DNA from: an uncultured euryarchaeote
GTDB taxonomy: Archaea; Thermoplasmatota; Poseidoniia; Poseidoniales; Poseidoniaceae
Direction: 5' to 3'
Length of the DNA stretch: 64,000 bases
Assembly (NCBI GenBank): GCA_937892945.1
Contig: CALBIL010000039.1
Location: 5,272 to 69,271 of the forward strand
This document shows, one piece after another, positions 46,401 through 54,050 of this stretch. The notes under the pieces are model-generated. The model searched no databases. It saw only the letters and a program-made list of their open reading frames with translations, and was not told where the DNA came from. The position numbers were made by a program, and so were the translations under genes. The stretch's first letter is position 1. Each line of letters begins with the position of its first letter.

Positions 46401-48674
46401 TCTTCTTCAAACGGTACTCTCTTGGTGCATGATATCCAAGGCAATATCGAAATGTACAGTTCAAACCTTTCACTACCAAGTGGTGAAGTCAATGGTTCAA
46501 GAATCTTCTACAACCTCAGTATTACGCCCGTGAAAACAGGTTGGATGGATTTACGTATCCGATATTCAAACGCAAGTATCGACTCACCAGAACGAAATTT
46601 AGACAATAACCTTCTGACGTTACGGATTTGGGTAAATGCAGCCCCTACAGTGGATGCCATTTACTGTGACGCTGAAATCTATTCGCGCGGTGACAACTTC
46701 ATTTGCACTATTGAAGCCAGTGACGATGAGAATGTTACATCAGTTGAAGTTGAATGGGCGATTGCACAGAATCTTTCTAACCTTTCTGGTTTGAATTGGG
46801 TGGCTGATTCTGCCAGTCGCGTTGATTCTCTCCGTTGGCAAGTTTCGATTTCTTTACCGACTGCTATGCCTCTGGGACATTTCGTATTACAAGCAACTGC
46901 ATACGATGAAAAGCAACAGATAGGATATTTAGTTGAAACCAATATTGCATCCATTATCGATGCACCAGCGCAATGGTTTGGGCCACATTTTTCTGGAATT
47001 GATTCATCTTCTTGGTCAGGTGCGAATCAGCTCATATCCCATCCAACACAAGGTTTGTTCCGAGGTGAACCCTCTAATTTTACGATGTGTGTTTTAGATA
47101 ACGATCATGACATCTTGAATCAGCAACCGATATTAACTGCTTCGAAAGGGCAAATTTCCAATCTTAGTTATGAGCCTCGATTTGATTTAAACCACCATTG
47201 CTACATTGGTTACTATACGCGAAATGTCAGTGAACCACTTGATGATATCCTTTTTGAAATTCGAGATGGCGACGGGACTTTACTTACTTCTCGAGTTCTT
47301 TCAATGGATGACCATTCACCTCTTGCAGTTATTGAAATTGTAGATGGATACGGGAATGTCCTTGATAGTGTTCGAGGTGGGGGCAATGAGTTTGCCAGGA
47401 TTACGATTACTGATATGGATGATCCTTCAAGTTCTGCAACTGGTGATTTACTCGTGCAATGGCCTGGCGCCGATTCTTTGACAATTCCTGTAGATGTGGC
47501 AGACATCCATTCTTCAATGCTGATTGAATTGCCTCAAATATCGTCGGCCTTGGAAAGCGGAGAACTTGAACTCCAATTGGATATGACTGGCCGACATGCT
47601 GCAGTTTTCAGTAAACAGTATCATTTACCTATGCTTTTGACTACACCGGTGATCGTTTCATCGCATATTTGCGATGAACAAGGCTCTCTTGAATCCTTAC
47701 GTTTTGGAAACACTGGGTACTTAGTGGTGCGAATTCAGAGCGAACGACCTCTGCAATCGATGCAGACAACATTGAATCAGTTTGGTTGGACTGTATTGGC
47801 TCCTTCACTTGGAGAAATAGAACCTTCAAACCCGATGTTCCAAAATTGCTCATCATCAGTACAACCTTTAGGAATACATGAACAACTTCATCAATTCCGT
47901 TTGCGATTAGATGGGACTTTCAATGATGGCGAAGGGCAAATATCGTTTACTGTTCGGGATGTTGATGGATTATCCAAATCATTAGATATTTCTCTTGATT
48001 TTTATCATGCATCACCTCAAACAAAACTCGAACCGAATCAAAACATGACTGCAGGAGATTTGTTATCGTTTACTGGAATGGTCTCCGATGCCGATGGAAT
48101 TGATGATGTTACATGTTCCGCCATCATTTCAAACAATCAATCACAATTGGCTCAATTACAAGTCATCCTTCAACCAAGTAATCTTACATCAGCGGTGTTG
48201 GAGTTTCAGTACCCTACAACAGGGGCATTGAGTAATGCAACCTTAGAGGTCGAAGTGATATGCATTGATTCATGGTCGCAATCAAATAGCTCACTCCTTC
48301 GATTTACTCTACTTCCTGAGCCCGTTTGTGACTCATGTCAACAAACAGATGCCGAGGATGAACTTGTTGAAGTGGCATCTTTCCCACTTGTTCCATGGAT
48401 TCTTGGAATTGTACTCTTTCTTGTCATACTTGTATTTAGTTTGTCGATGAGGACGCCGAAAGAGGAAGAAACTTCACAATGGAGTTCAGACCTTAACACA
48501 GAAGAGGATTTCATTTCAGATGAATTAGATAAACCTCTCTCGAAACTAAAAATACCATCTGGTTGGTCTCCTGAACAATATCGTATTTGGCTCGAAGGTG
48601 AAATGCCTGAGGGGTGGACACCAGAGCAATGGGTCGAATTTTCCAATGAACAAATCGAGTTACTTCCGATTTAA
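43425..48674 (+). CDS. Giant (1749 aa) type-I anchored surface protein with PA14 and LamG/ConA-like lectin domains
   Basis: Signal peptide. PA14-like block (~44565-45014: GILAEFFDN...WGARFSGLIDVPETGNWTFYLTSDDGSELWIDG...FFQGGGPHGLQLSW). LamG-like block (~45045-45629: HWDFEENSG...WTHLVSVFDNGSLRQYFDG...IDNVMIWN). Ig-like modules, a TM (res ~1654-1674) and a 75-aa cytoplasmic tail. Confidence 0.88.
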   Translation: MDRMRSSLLLTLLFVLSSLATPVLEGHSEPSSGHSLIEQAALSELFVGFSGQEGADFWNQTPWSTIAQPEGFDFLTVYDYSDVGVLINNNSEASKTIGWAFVNARNISNENIFFFNDSNTPTKETINRNEFNLYFAAPFLEMLSNRSSSTELNYLVSTKGIPLRVNGGNDKVSFDQEFSLLGGIYNSSIGSDYWVNHGYGPLAGSGMKTFSRDAYGFFLVTRLTGYTVETALGLIEKANNSLGQRGIFALDLATNRNGSGYKFWNDDLYTAEAELNGSRGLPTIFDETSEFLTNLSNVMGYASWGSNDGSWNYNWLPNAGFNTQDASYSSGARYWNTTLPNLSSGDSFNWTTQTDVKRDGASAIEASLSAVCTQETGNGAQGILAEFFDNAGISFNAASMPTLIDRVPDHVRLESSLQNAASSQAYPGLDDRFKNDWGARFSGLIDVPETGNWTFYLTSDDGSELWIDGQSLVTNYGSHGMTERSQSAQLDTGKYDFKIEFFQGGGPHGLQLSWSGPNQSKSLVPPSAFSLADTYIPSQSSLIHHWDFEENSGSIAHDSVNSSTNFTLMNMNSTNWRTCVDGSCLWYDGVDDSLEVDVDDWAGNFTVSQWVWANSTTLPTYASVFAVDNNAGSNNSFQHAMISGEWRLYNNQSYVFGDIEAQEWTHLVSVFDNGSLRQYFDGVLVRTTAFNAGSLNNFEIYKLGVNRGGNAYFQGMIDNVMIWNTSLQDHEITTLHRDIYKDCSAYSGNGQAAASIEQVYQFPEELEDHAWIIYLYGQRTGDVYGDFTIEIEGLDENGTLLSTNQSSSKSFATTWESQTLRFRPHSNATSFRIRIPLDIVATSTDGSIYLDTMNLRAIRPHNTWVDGSIAETAVSTGGRSFNWNTGYGQSLVADLLEDGVSGVKGYVYEPYLTAVGSPSTLLSMYASGYNLAESHAAANLQTSWMGVTVGDPKMAPYADLYHDINLIGIRQIGNASSMQPAQFQLAVENRGMSSSNGTLLVHDIQGNIEMYSSNLSLPSGEVNGSRIFYNLSITPVKTGWMDLRIRYSNASIDSPERNLDNNLLTLRIWVNAAPTVDAIYCDAEIYSRGDNFICTIEASDDENVTSVEVEWAIAQNLSNLSGLNWVADSASRVDSLRWQVSISLPTAMPLGHFVLQATAYDEKQQIGYLVETNIASIIDAPAQWFGPHFSGIDSSSWSGANQLISHPTQGLFRGEPSNFTMCVLDNDHDILNQQPILTASKGQISNLSYEPRFDLNHHCYIGYYTRNVSEPLDDILFEIRDGDGTLLTSRVLSMDDHSPLAVIEIVDGYGNVLDSVRGGGNEFARITITDMDDPSSSATGDLLVQWPGADSLTIPVDVADIHSSMLIELPQISSALESGELELQLDMTGRHAAVFSKQYHLPMLLTTPVIVSSHICDEQGSLESLRFGNTGYLVVRIQSERPLQSMQTTLNQFGWTVLAPSLGEIEPSNPMFQNCSSSVQPLGIHEQLHQFRLRLDGTFNDGEGQISFTVRDVDGLSKSLDISLDFYHASPQTKLEPNQNMTAGDLLSFTGMVSDADGIDDVTCSAIISNNQSQLAQLQVILQPSNLTSAVLEFQYPTTGALSNATLEVEVICIDSWSQSNSSLLRFTLLPEPVCDSCQQTDAEDELVEVASFPLVPWILGIVLFLVILVFSLSMRTPKEEETSQWSSDLNTEEDFISDELDKPLSKLKIPSGWSPEQYRIWLEGEMPEGWTPEQWVEFSNEQIELLPI

Positions 48675-48720
48675 GATTTCCAAAAGAGAAGGGTTGATGT
48701 GCTTTGAGCACTTGGTTCGT

Positions 48721-48963
48721 ATGAGTGCTATGGCAGTTGGATATGTTTTGATTAATGTTGCACCTGGTAAGGAGCATGAAGTGTACCTCGCTGTCAAAGA
48801 TATGCCCTTTGTAGATGATGCTACACTTCTTTTTGGCGATCACGACCTCATTGTAAAATTGGTTGCAGATAGCCTTACCATCATTGCACAATCTGTTGTT
48901 GAATCAATACGTCAAATTCCTGGAATCATCGATACAAAGACACTCGCTGGTGCCGAGTTGTAA
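48721..48963 (+). CDS. Stand-alone Lrp/AsnC-type ligand-binding (RAM) domain protein
   Basis: MAVGYVLINVAPGKEHEVYLAVKDMPFVDDATLLFGDHDLIVKL...IRQIPGIIDTKTL is the classic RAM/AsnC C-terminal domain pattern. There is no HTH. Alternative ATG at 48697. The track's 48598 start overlaps the giant gene. Confidence 0.7.
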   Translation: MSAMAVGYVLINVAPGKEHEVYLAVKDMPFVDDATLLFGDHDLIVKLVADSLTIIAQSVVESIRQIPGIIDTKTLAGAEL

Positions 48964-49094
48964 GCATACCCTTTTTGGCAACACGTATCTGAAGATTTCT
49001 AATCGGGGTGCTGAGGCTTGAACCTCAAAAAAGGGTTTTGGAAAGGGGCACTGCGGGGCCTATAGGGCGCAGTAAGGCGTTTAAGCGGAGCAAA

Positions 49095-49104
49095 TACTAT
49101 ATAC
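49095..49104 (+). promoter_or_regulatory. Candidate archaeal TATA box (with purine-rich BRE-like flank) for the MC1 gene
   Basis: TACTATATAC is centred ~40 nt upstream of ATG 49140. GGAGGT at 49126-49131 would lie in a short 5' leader. Confidence 0.55.
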
Positions 49105-49139
49105 TTGGCGGGGATGTCAAGTATCGGAGGTAATCCAAA

Positions 49140-49403
49140 ATGTCTGATAAAAAATACTTTGTTCTCATGGAGAACGGAAAAGATACGAGCCAGGTTTTTG
49201 CTAGCAAACAACCCCGTGGTGCGGCCCTCAAGGCAGCAACCCGCGGACATACGAACATACGCCTACGAGAGCGTGGCACCAAGCGTGTCCACGTCTTTAG
49301 TGGTAGCATTAGCATGGTTCCAAAGCCAGCCAATGGACCAGCTTGGCTTCCTGACAAGATCAAGAAGGCAAACGTCAAGAAGTCCGGAATCGAACACCTT
49401 TGA
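49140..49403 (+). CDS. Archaeal chromatin protein MC1
   Basis: FVL...VFASKQPRGAALKAATRG...IRLRERGTKRVHVF...PAWLPDKIKKANVKKSGIEHL is colinear with Methanosarcina MC1 as I recall it (KQPRQAALKAANRG, IRLRERGTKKVHVF). A strong TATA and a GGAGGT box lie upstream. Confidence 0.88.
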   Translation: MSDKKYFVLMENGKDTSQVFASKQPRGAALKAATRGHTNIRLRERGTKRVHVFSGSISMVPKPANGPAWLPDKIKKANVKKSGIEHL

Positions 49404-49426
49404 TTTCAAAACAACTTGATTGTCCG

Positions 49427-49432
49427 TTTTTT
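49427..49432 (+). terminator. Oligo-T tract downstream of MC1
   Basis: A T6 run lies 24 nt after the stop codon. Archaeal intrinsic termination typically uses oligo-T. Confidence 0.45.
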
Positions 49433-49479
49433 CAAATTTGAAAATTCAAATTTGTTCCCGCAAGGGTCACCGCTTCATT

Positions 49480-49495
49480 TCCCTCTTCGGAGGGA
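49480..49495. terminator. UUCG-tetraloop hairpin between the convergent MC1 and doxX-like genes
   Basis: TCCCTC-TTCG-GAGGGA (6-bp stem) lies 9 nt from the doxX-like stop. Confidence 0.35.
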
Positions 49496-49504
49496 TTTGA
49501 AGCC

Positions 49505-49906
49505 TCACATTCCTTTCTTTACTGGCCATTCTGCAATCCAGAACGCAAGCCATATCATTACGAGTTGAGTTAAAGCACGAAGAATGTGCCCTGACGTACT
49601 AAAATTGGTATCGCCAATAGAGATGTCATGAATCCACATGTTCAAATTCGCCCAGTAGACCAGCACAAGAAAAATTGCTGTAGAGAAAGCAGATCTTCTT
49701 CTTGAAACCGGCGCCACCATACCAATTCCTAGAATCACTTCAACAAGTCCACTGACATATACCCAAAACTCTGGTACACCAAGGAGTTCTGGCACGATTG
49801 GAGTAAAAAAAGCAGTGTTGGTGAAATGTTGAATACCCACCCAAATGAAAGAAACCCCAAAACCTATTGCCAATATTTGGCGTAATTTTCCCATTGCCAA
49901 CGGCAA
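49505..49906 (-). CDS. DoxX-like small membrane protein
   Basis: 133 aa, 4 TM, DoxX-like pattern (..GIQHF...VSGLVEVILGIGMV..). It lies 9 nt downstream of sdhB on the same strand. Confidence 0.5.
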   Translation of the reverse strand: MPLAMGKLRQILAIGFGVSFIWVGIQHFTNTAFFTPIVPELLGVPEFWVYVSGLVEVILGIGMVAPVSRRRSAFSTAIFLVLVYWANLNMWIHDISIGDTNFSTSGHILRALTQLVMIWLAFWIAEWPVKKGM

Positions 49907-49915
49907 AAAATCCCC

Positions 49916-50683
49916 TCAGTAACGGACTTTTTGTCGAGTGAGTGTTCGCCAAATTCGCTGCAGTGGGTCATAGTAACGGTCAACAACTCGCTCTTTTAAT
50001 TGGATAATAGCATCGTCGGTAATTTGGATCCCAGCAGGACAAACCTCAGTGCAACATCGAGTGATGTTACAATATTCAATTCCAAAATCTTTCTTAATCT
50101 CTGGAATTCGATCCTCAGTATCCATTGGGTGCATTTCGTATTGAGCGAGACGAACTAAATTCCGAGGCCCGGCAAATTCGTTGAATAAAGCATGGTCTCG
50201 AAGAACGTGACATGTATTCACACACAGGAAGCATTCGATGCATTCGCGGAATTGTTGAACTCTGTCAGCTTCCATTTGATTGAATTCCCAATTCATTTCT
50301 TCAGGGCCTTTAATCGGTTTAATTTTTTGAGCCATCTCGTAATTCCAAGATACATCGGTAACGAGATCTTTGACGTGTGGAAACGCCTTCATTGGACGGA
50401 TTTCAATGGCTTGACCTTCGGGAGTTTCTGCGACAACATCGCTCATACGTGTCATACACATCAAACGTGGTCGGCCGTTAATTTCGGCAGAACACGAACC
50501 ACATTTTCCTGCTTTACAATTCCACCGAACAGCCAAATCTGGTTGCTGTTCATGTTGAATACGATGGACACAATCGAGAACAACCATGCCTTCATCCAGT
50601 TCGATGCTGAATTCTTCAAGAGCAGCCTCGTCACCTTCACCGCGAAGTATTTTGAAATCTTGTGTCTTACCTTTGAGTGACAT
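49916..50683 (-). CDS. sdhB: Succinate dehydrogenase/fumarate reductase iron-sulfur subunit
   Basis: Three Cys clusters: CKAGKCGSCSAEINGRPRLMC, CIECFLCVNTC, CNITRCCTEVCP. Confidence 0.92.
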   Translation of the reverse strand: MSLKGKTQDFKILRGEGDEAALEEFSIELDEGMVVLDCVHRIQHEQQPDLAVRWNCKAGKCGSCSAEINGRPRLMCMTRMSDVVAETPEGQAIEIRPMKAFPHVKDLVTDVSWNYEMAQKIKPIKGPEEMNWEFNQMEADRVQQFRECIECFLCVNTCHVLRDHALFNEFAGPRNLVRLAQYEMHPMDTEDRIPEIKKDFGIEYCNITRCCTEVCPAGIQITDDAIIQLKERVVDRYYDPLQRIWRTLTRQKVRY

Positions 50684-52545
50684 TACTGACCGCCTCCTGC
50701 TTGTTCTGATGCTCGTTCAGCAATCATAGCCTTTACTTCACCAATTGCATCTTTCAGATCAGAACGCATTTCTTCAAGAGGTTCTTGACGGACTTTTATT
50801 TCGCCGTCTTCCATGTAAATGATGTTCAGAATCTTACCCCATTCTTCAAGTTCTCCAGGGAAATCATCTCGAGTATGTCCACCTCTGCTCTCTTCACGTG
50901 TGAGGGCAGCCAGTGTAGCAGCAACGGAGACATCGACCATGTTTTTGAGGTCCAATGCCTGGTGCCATCCGGAATTATATTTGCGAGAAGCACCTGGGAA
51001 ACAGGCTTCTTGCCGTTCATCGAATGCCTTCAAATCCTCTATGGCTTCTTGCATTTCCGCTTTTGTCCGAATGATACCAACTTTTTCTTGCATCATATCA
51101 CGCATTTCATCATAGATACGGCCAGGGTTTTCACCTTCTTCTCTTTGAAGAGGTGCGATCATTACTTCGATTGCTGATTGAACCTGCGCGTTATCGATAT
51201 TTGGCTGTGCAAGGTCTTTTGCTCGCTTAGAAGCAAATTCACCTGCACGCTTTCCAAAAGTAATGAGGTCCGATAACGAATTTCCGCCAAGGCGATTGGC
51301 ACCATGTAATCCAGAAGCAACTTCTCCACACGCATACAGGCCAGGCACATTACTTTCTTGAGTTTCAGCATTGACACGTACGCCACCCATCACATAATGA
51401 GCAGTTGGGCCAACTTCCATTGGTTCCTTGGCAATATCGACACCCGCTAATTCTTTGAATTGGTGATGCATCGAAGGGAGTTTCTTCAAAATTGCTTCTT
51501 CACCTCGATAAGAGATGTCTAAGAATACGCCACCGTGAGGCGAACCTCGTCCAGCTTTGACTTCCGAATTAATTGCTTTTGCAACAACGTCACGGGTGAG
51601 TAATTCAGGAGGTCGCCGAACAGTGGCCAGTTTACCAGAGACGACTTCTTCGACCCATTGATCAGATTCTTCAATCGTATCAGCATGGTCGCCAGCAAAC
51701 ATCTCAGGTACATAATTGAACATGAAACGTTCACCCTCAGAATTGGTTAATCTTCCACCTTCACCGCGAACACCTTCAGTGACCAAAATACCACGAACGG
51801 AAGGTGGCCACACCATTCCGGTTGGATGGAATTGAACAAATTCCATATCTCGAAGTTCAGCGCCAGCCCAGAGGGCAAGAGCATGACCGTCTCCAGTGTA
51901 TTCCCATGAACCCGAGCAAACGGACCAACATCGAGTAATTCCGCCAGTGGCAAGAATTACAGATTTGCCTGAGAATGCATGGAAATCACCATCGACACGC
52001 GTATAGGCAACGCATCCAGTAACCCTTTCACCTTCTTTGAGAAGATGTCGAACTGTATATTCCATGAAAATATCAATACCTTCGTGGATGCCTCTTTCTT
52101 GGAGCGTACGAATCAATTCCAAACCTGTAGCATCGCCTACGTGAGCAAGGCGAGGGAATGTGTGTCCACCGAAATTCCGTTGATTGATTCTATTTTCTGG
52201 AGTTCGGTCGAAGACTGCTCCCCATTGTTCGAGTTCACGAACCCGGTCAGGAGCTTCCTTGGCATGGAATTCAGCCATTCGCCAGTCAGCAAGCCATTTA
52301 CTTCCTTTCATGGTGTCGTGGAAGTGTACTTTCCAACCGTCTCGAGGGTCGGCGTTTTGTAATGCAGCAGCACAACCACCTTCGGCCATAACAGTGTGAG
52401 CCTTACCAAGCAAGGATTTGGTGATAATTGCAGTTTTGGCACCACTTCGAGCCGCTTCAATAGCAGCACGTAGACCAGCACCGCCAGCTCCGATGACAAT
52501 TACGTCGTATTCATGTTTCGTGTATTCTTCAGTCATCATCATCAC
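50683..52545 (-). CDS. sdhA: Succinate dehydrogenase/fumarate reductase flavoprotein subunit
   Basis: [29 protein letters not shown], and a 620-aa colinear SdhA pattern. The true start may be one of the ATGs just inside (52542-52534). Confidence 0.95.
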   Translation of the reverse strand: MMMMTEEYTKHEYDVIVIGAGGAGLRAAIEAARSGAKTAIITKSLLGKAHTVMAEGGCAAALQNADPRDGWKVHFHDTMKGSKWLADWRMAEFHAKEAPDRVRELEQWGAVFDRTPENRINQRNFGGHTFPRLAHVGDATGLELIRTLQERGIHEGIDIFMEYTVRHLLKEGERVTGCVAYTRVDGDFHAFSGKSVILATGGITRCWSVCSGSWEYTGDGHALALWAGAELRDMEFVQFHPTGMVWPPSVRGILVTEGVRGEGGRLTNSEGERFMFNYVPEMFAGDHADTIEESDQWVEEVVSGKLATVRRPPELLTRDVVAKAINSEVKAGRGSPHGGVFLDISYRGEEAILKKLPSMHHQFKELAGVDIAKEPMEVGPTAHYVMGGVRVNAETQESNVPGLYACGEVASGLHGANRLGGNSLSDLITFGKRAGEFASKRAKDLAQPNIDNAQVQSAIEVMIAPLQREEGENPGRIYDEMRDMMQEKVGIIRTKAEMQEAIEDLKAFDERQEACFPGASRKYNSGWHQALDLKNMVDVSVAATLAALTREESRGGHTRDDFPGELEEWGKILNIIYMEDGEIKVRQEPLEEMRSDLKDAIGEVKAMIAERASEQAGGGQ

Positions 52546-52546
52546 C

Positions 52547-53368
52547 TCAAATTACAAACAGCGCCATATCGCTCAAATATCCTTCACTCACGGCTAAGAC
52601 CCAAAGGTCGCCAAGGAATACAAAAGTAAGTGAGGTCCAAAACCAGAATCCGTGAGAACGGTTCAGAAGGCTAATGCGTCCAAACAACTTGCCACGAATT
52701 TTACTGATGCCAGTAGTCCATCGGTCTAAAGCCCCACCAGCAAGGTGACGAAGAGCGTGGCAAGAGGTGACGTACATGGTCAAGAGAAATGCTTCAACAC
52801 CCATCACGAGTGTTCCAATCGACATACCATATCCGTCTGTAAATTGGAGCGTATGTGTGACATCCCACCATTTAATGGCAAGAATGATCATGGCTGCATA
52901 GAGGAAATAACGATGTAGATTGTTAATGAGGAACAATCGCTTCTCACCCTTATAACCGAGTTTTTTATTGATTTCCGGTTCATCAACCCAACAAGCAGTA
53001 GGGCTTGCAAAGAAGGTACGATAGTAGACTCGGCGCATGTAATAGCAAGTTCCACGGAATCCAAAAGGAATCCACAAGACCAACACTGCTGCATTGACCC
53101 ATGAGGGATGGTCCCATTCATTGAGTCCAAATAAGTCCCATTCAAGGACATTAGGGGAGAAGATCGGTGACATCACAGTACTGCCATCAAGTCCGTATGA
53201 AATAGATTCAGGATAGAGGAAAAGTCGCCATGCGGTATAGAGCATTGCAGCGGTTAGGCCGAGTGCCATAGCCAAAGGTTGCTTGAGCCAGTTGTCGATT
53301 CGATTTGTACGTCCCAGTCCGTTAAGAACTGGAAGTTTTATCCCTTCACCCATGGATTTCACCAGCAA
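52547..53368 (-). CDS. sdhC: Succinate dehydrogenase membrane anchor / cytochrome b subunit (single large subunit type)
   Basis: 273 aa, ~5 TM with conserved His candidates. It lies immediately upstream of sdhA, with a GAGGTGA box spanning its stop. Confidence 0.65.
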   Translation of the reverse strand: MLVKSMGEGIKLPVLNGLGRTNRIDNWLKQPLAMALGLTAAMLYTAWRLFLYPESISYGLDGSTVMSPIFSPNVLEWDLFGLNEWDHPSWVNAAVLVLWIPFGFRGTCYYMRRVYYRTFFASPTACWVDEPEINKKLGYKGEKRLFLINNLHRYFLYAAMIILAIKWWDVTHTLQFTDGYGMSIGTLVMGVEAFLLTMYVTSCHALRHLAGGALDRWTTGISKIRGKLFGRISLLNRSHGFWFWTSLTFVFLGDLWVLAVSEGYLSDMALFVI

Positions 53369-53414
53369 CCGTATTGGCTGCTATTCTCATGGAACCGACC
53401 AAGGTCTTTGAGGT

Positions 53415-54050
53415 TCACGCTTCAACCACCTGTTGTTGGAAAAATGAGAAACCATCATTAAACACGGTTTCATTGGCCCAATAGGTTTTCGATTGCCACG
53501 CCATAACGCCATTCTCAGCTATGATTTGGAGGGTCGGGGTACCCGGATTTCCATAGGCAGAATACACAGTCGCTCCAGTGTTTTCACCAGACATTAACTC
53601 ATAGGCTTGAGTCTCTTCAGTAGGAATTACAATTTTCCAAGGGGTGTAATGACTCGATTCATTGTACGTTCCAAAAACGTCCATCAATTCCTCTTTAGAT
53701 TCAAATTCCGCCCACCGGTGTACACTGATTACCGTGATATTGGAATCATTGAACATGCCATCATCTACTTTTTCTCGGATCATGTCTGTCCAGTCATGAC
53801 AACCGGTACACCCTGCTCCAATCCAGAGGAGCATGACGGGTCCATTCTCAAGTTCATCTTTCAAATCAAACTGAATGCCTTCATCTTCAGCTCTGTTCAG
53901 AGTTTCAGATTTGAAGGTTAATTCAAAAGGAAGCGGTTTTGTCTCTGAAGAGTTTTCAGATTCAGTATTCTGAAGTTCTATGCATCCAGGGATAAGGAGG
54001 ACTACCGTAACCAATGTAAAGACAAGTTCACGCAGCATTTCCGTCACCAT
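53415..54050 (-). CDS. Thioredoxin-fold thiol:disulfide oxidoreductase lipoprotein (TlpA/ResA-like)
   Basis: Lipobox LLIPGC and CxxC active site WIGAGCTGCHDW. It overlaps the 3' end of crtI by 11-23 nt. Confidence 0.7.
   Translation of the reverse strand: MVTEMLRELVFTLVTVVLLIPGCIELQNTESENSSETKPLPFELTFKSETLNRAEDEGIQFDLKDELENGPVMLLWIGAGCTGCHDWTDMIREKVDDGMFNDSNITVISVHRWAEFESKEELMDVFGTYNESSHYTPWKIVIPTEETQAYELMSGENTGATVYSAYGNPGTPTLQIIAENGVMAWQSKTYWANETVFNDGFSFFQQQVVEA

Noticed and set aside
48964-49139. 176-nt spacer scanned for a tRNA, C/D-box sRNA or other ncRNA; the 57648-57846 and 4299-4493 spacers were also scanned
   Set aside because: I could find no cloverleaf, no RUGAUGA/CUGA box pairs and no extended conserved-looking structure. 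The content is explained by the MC1 promoter elements and small hairpins.
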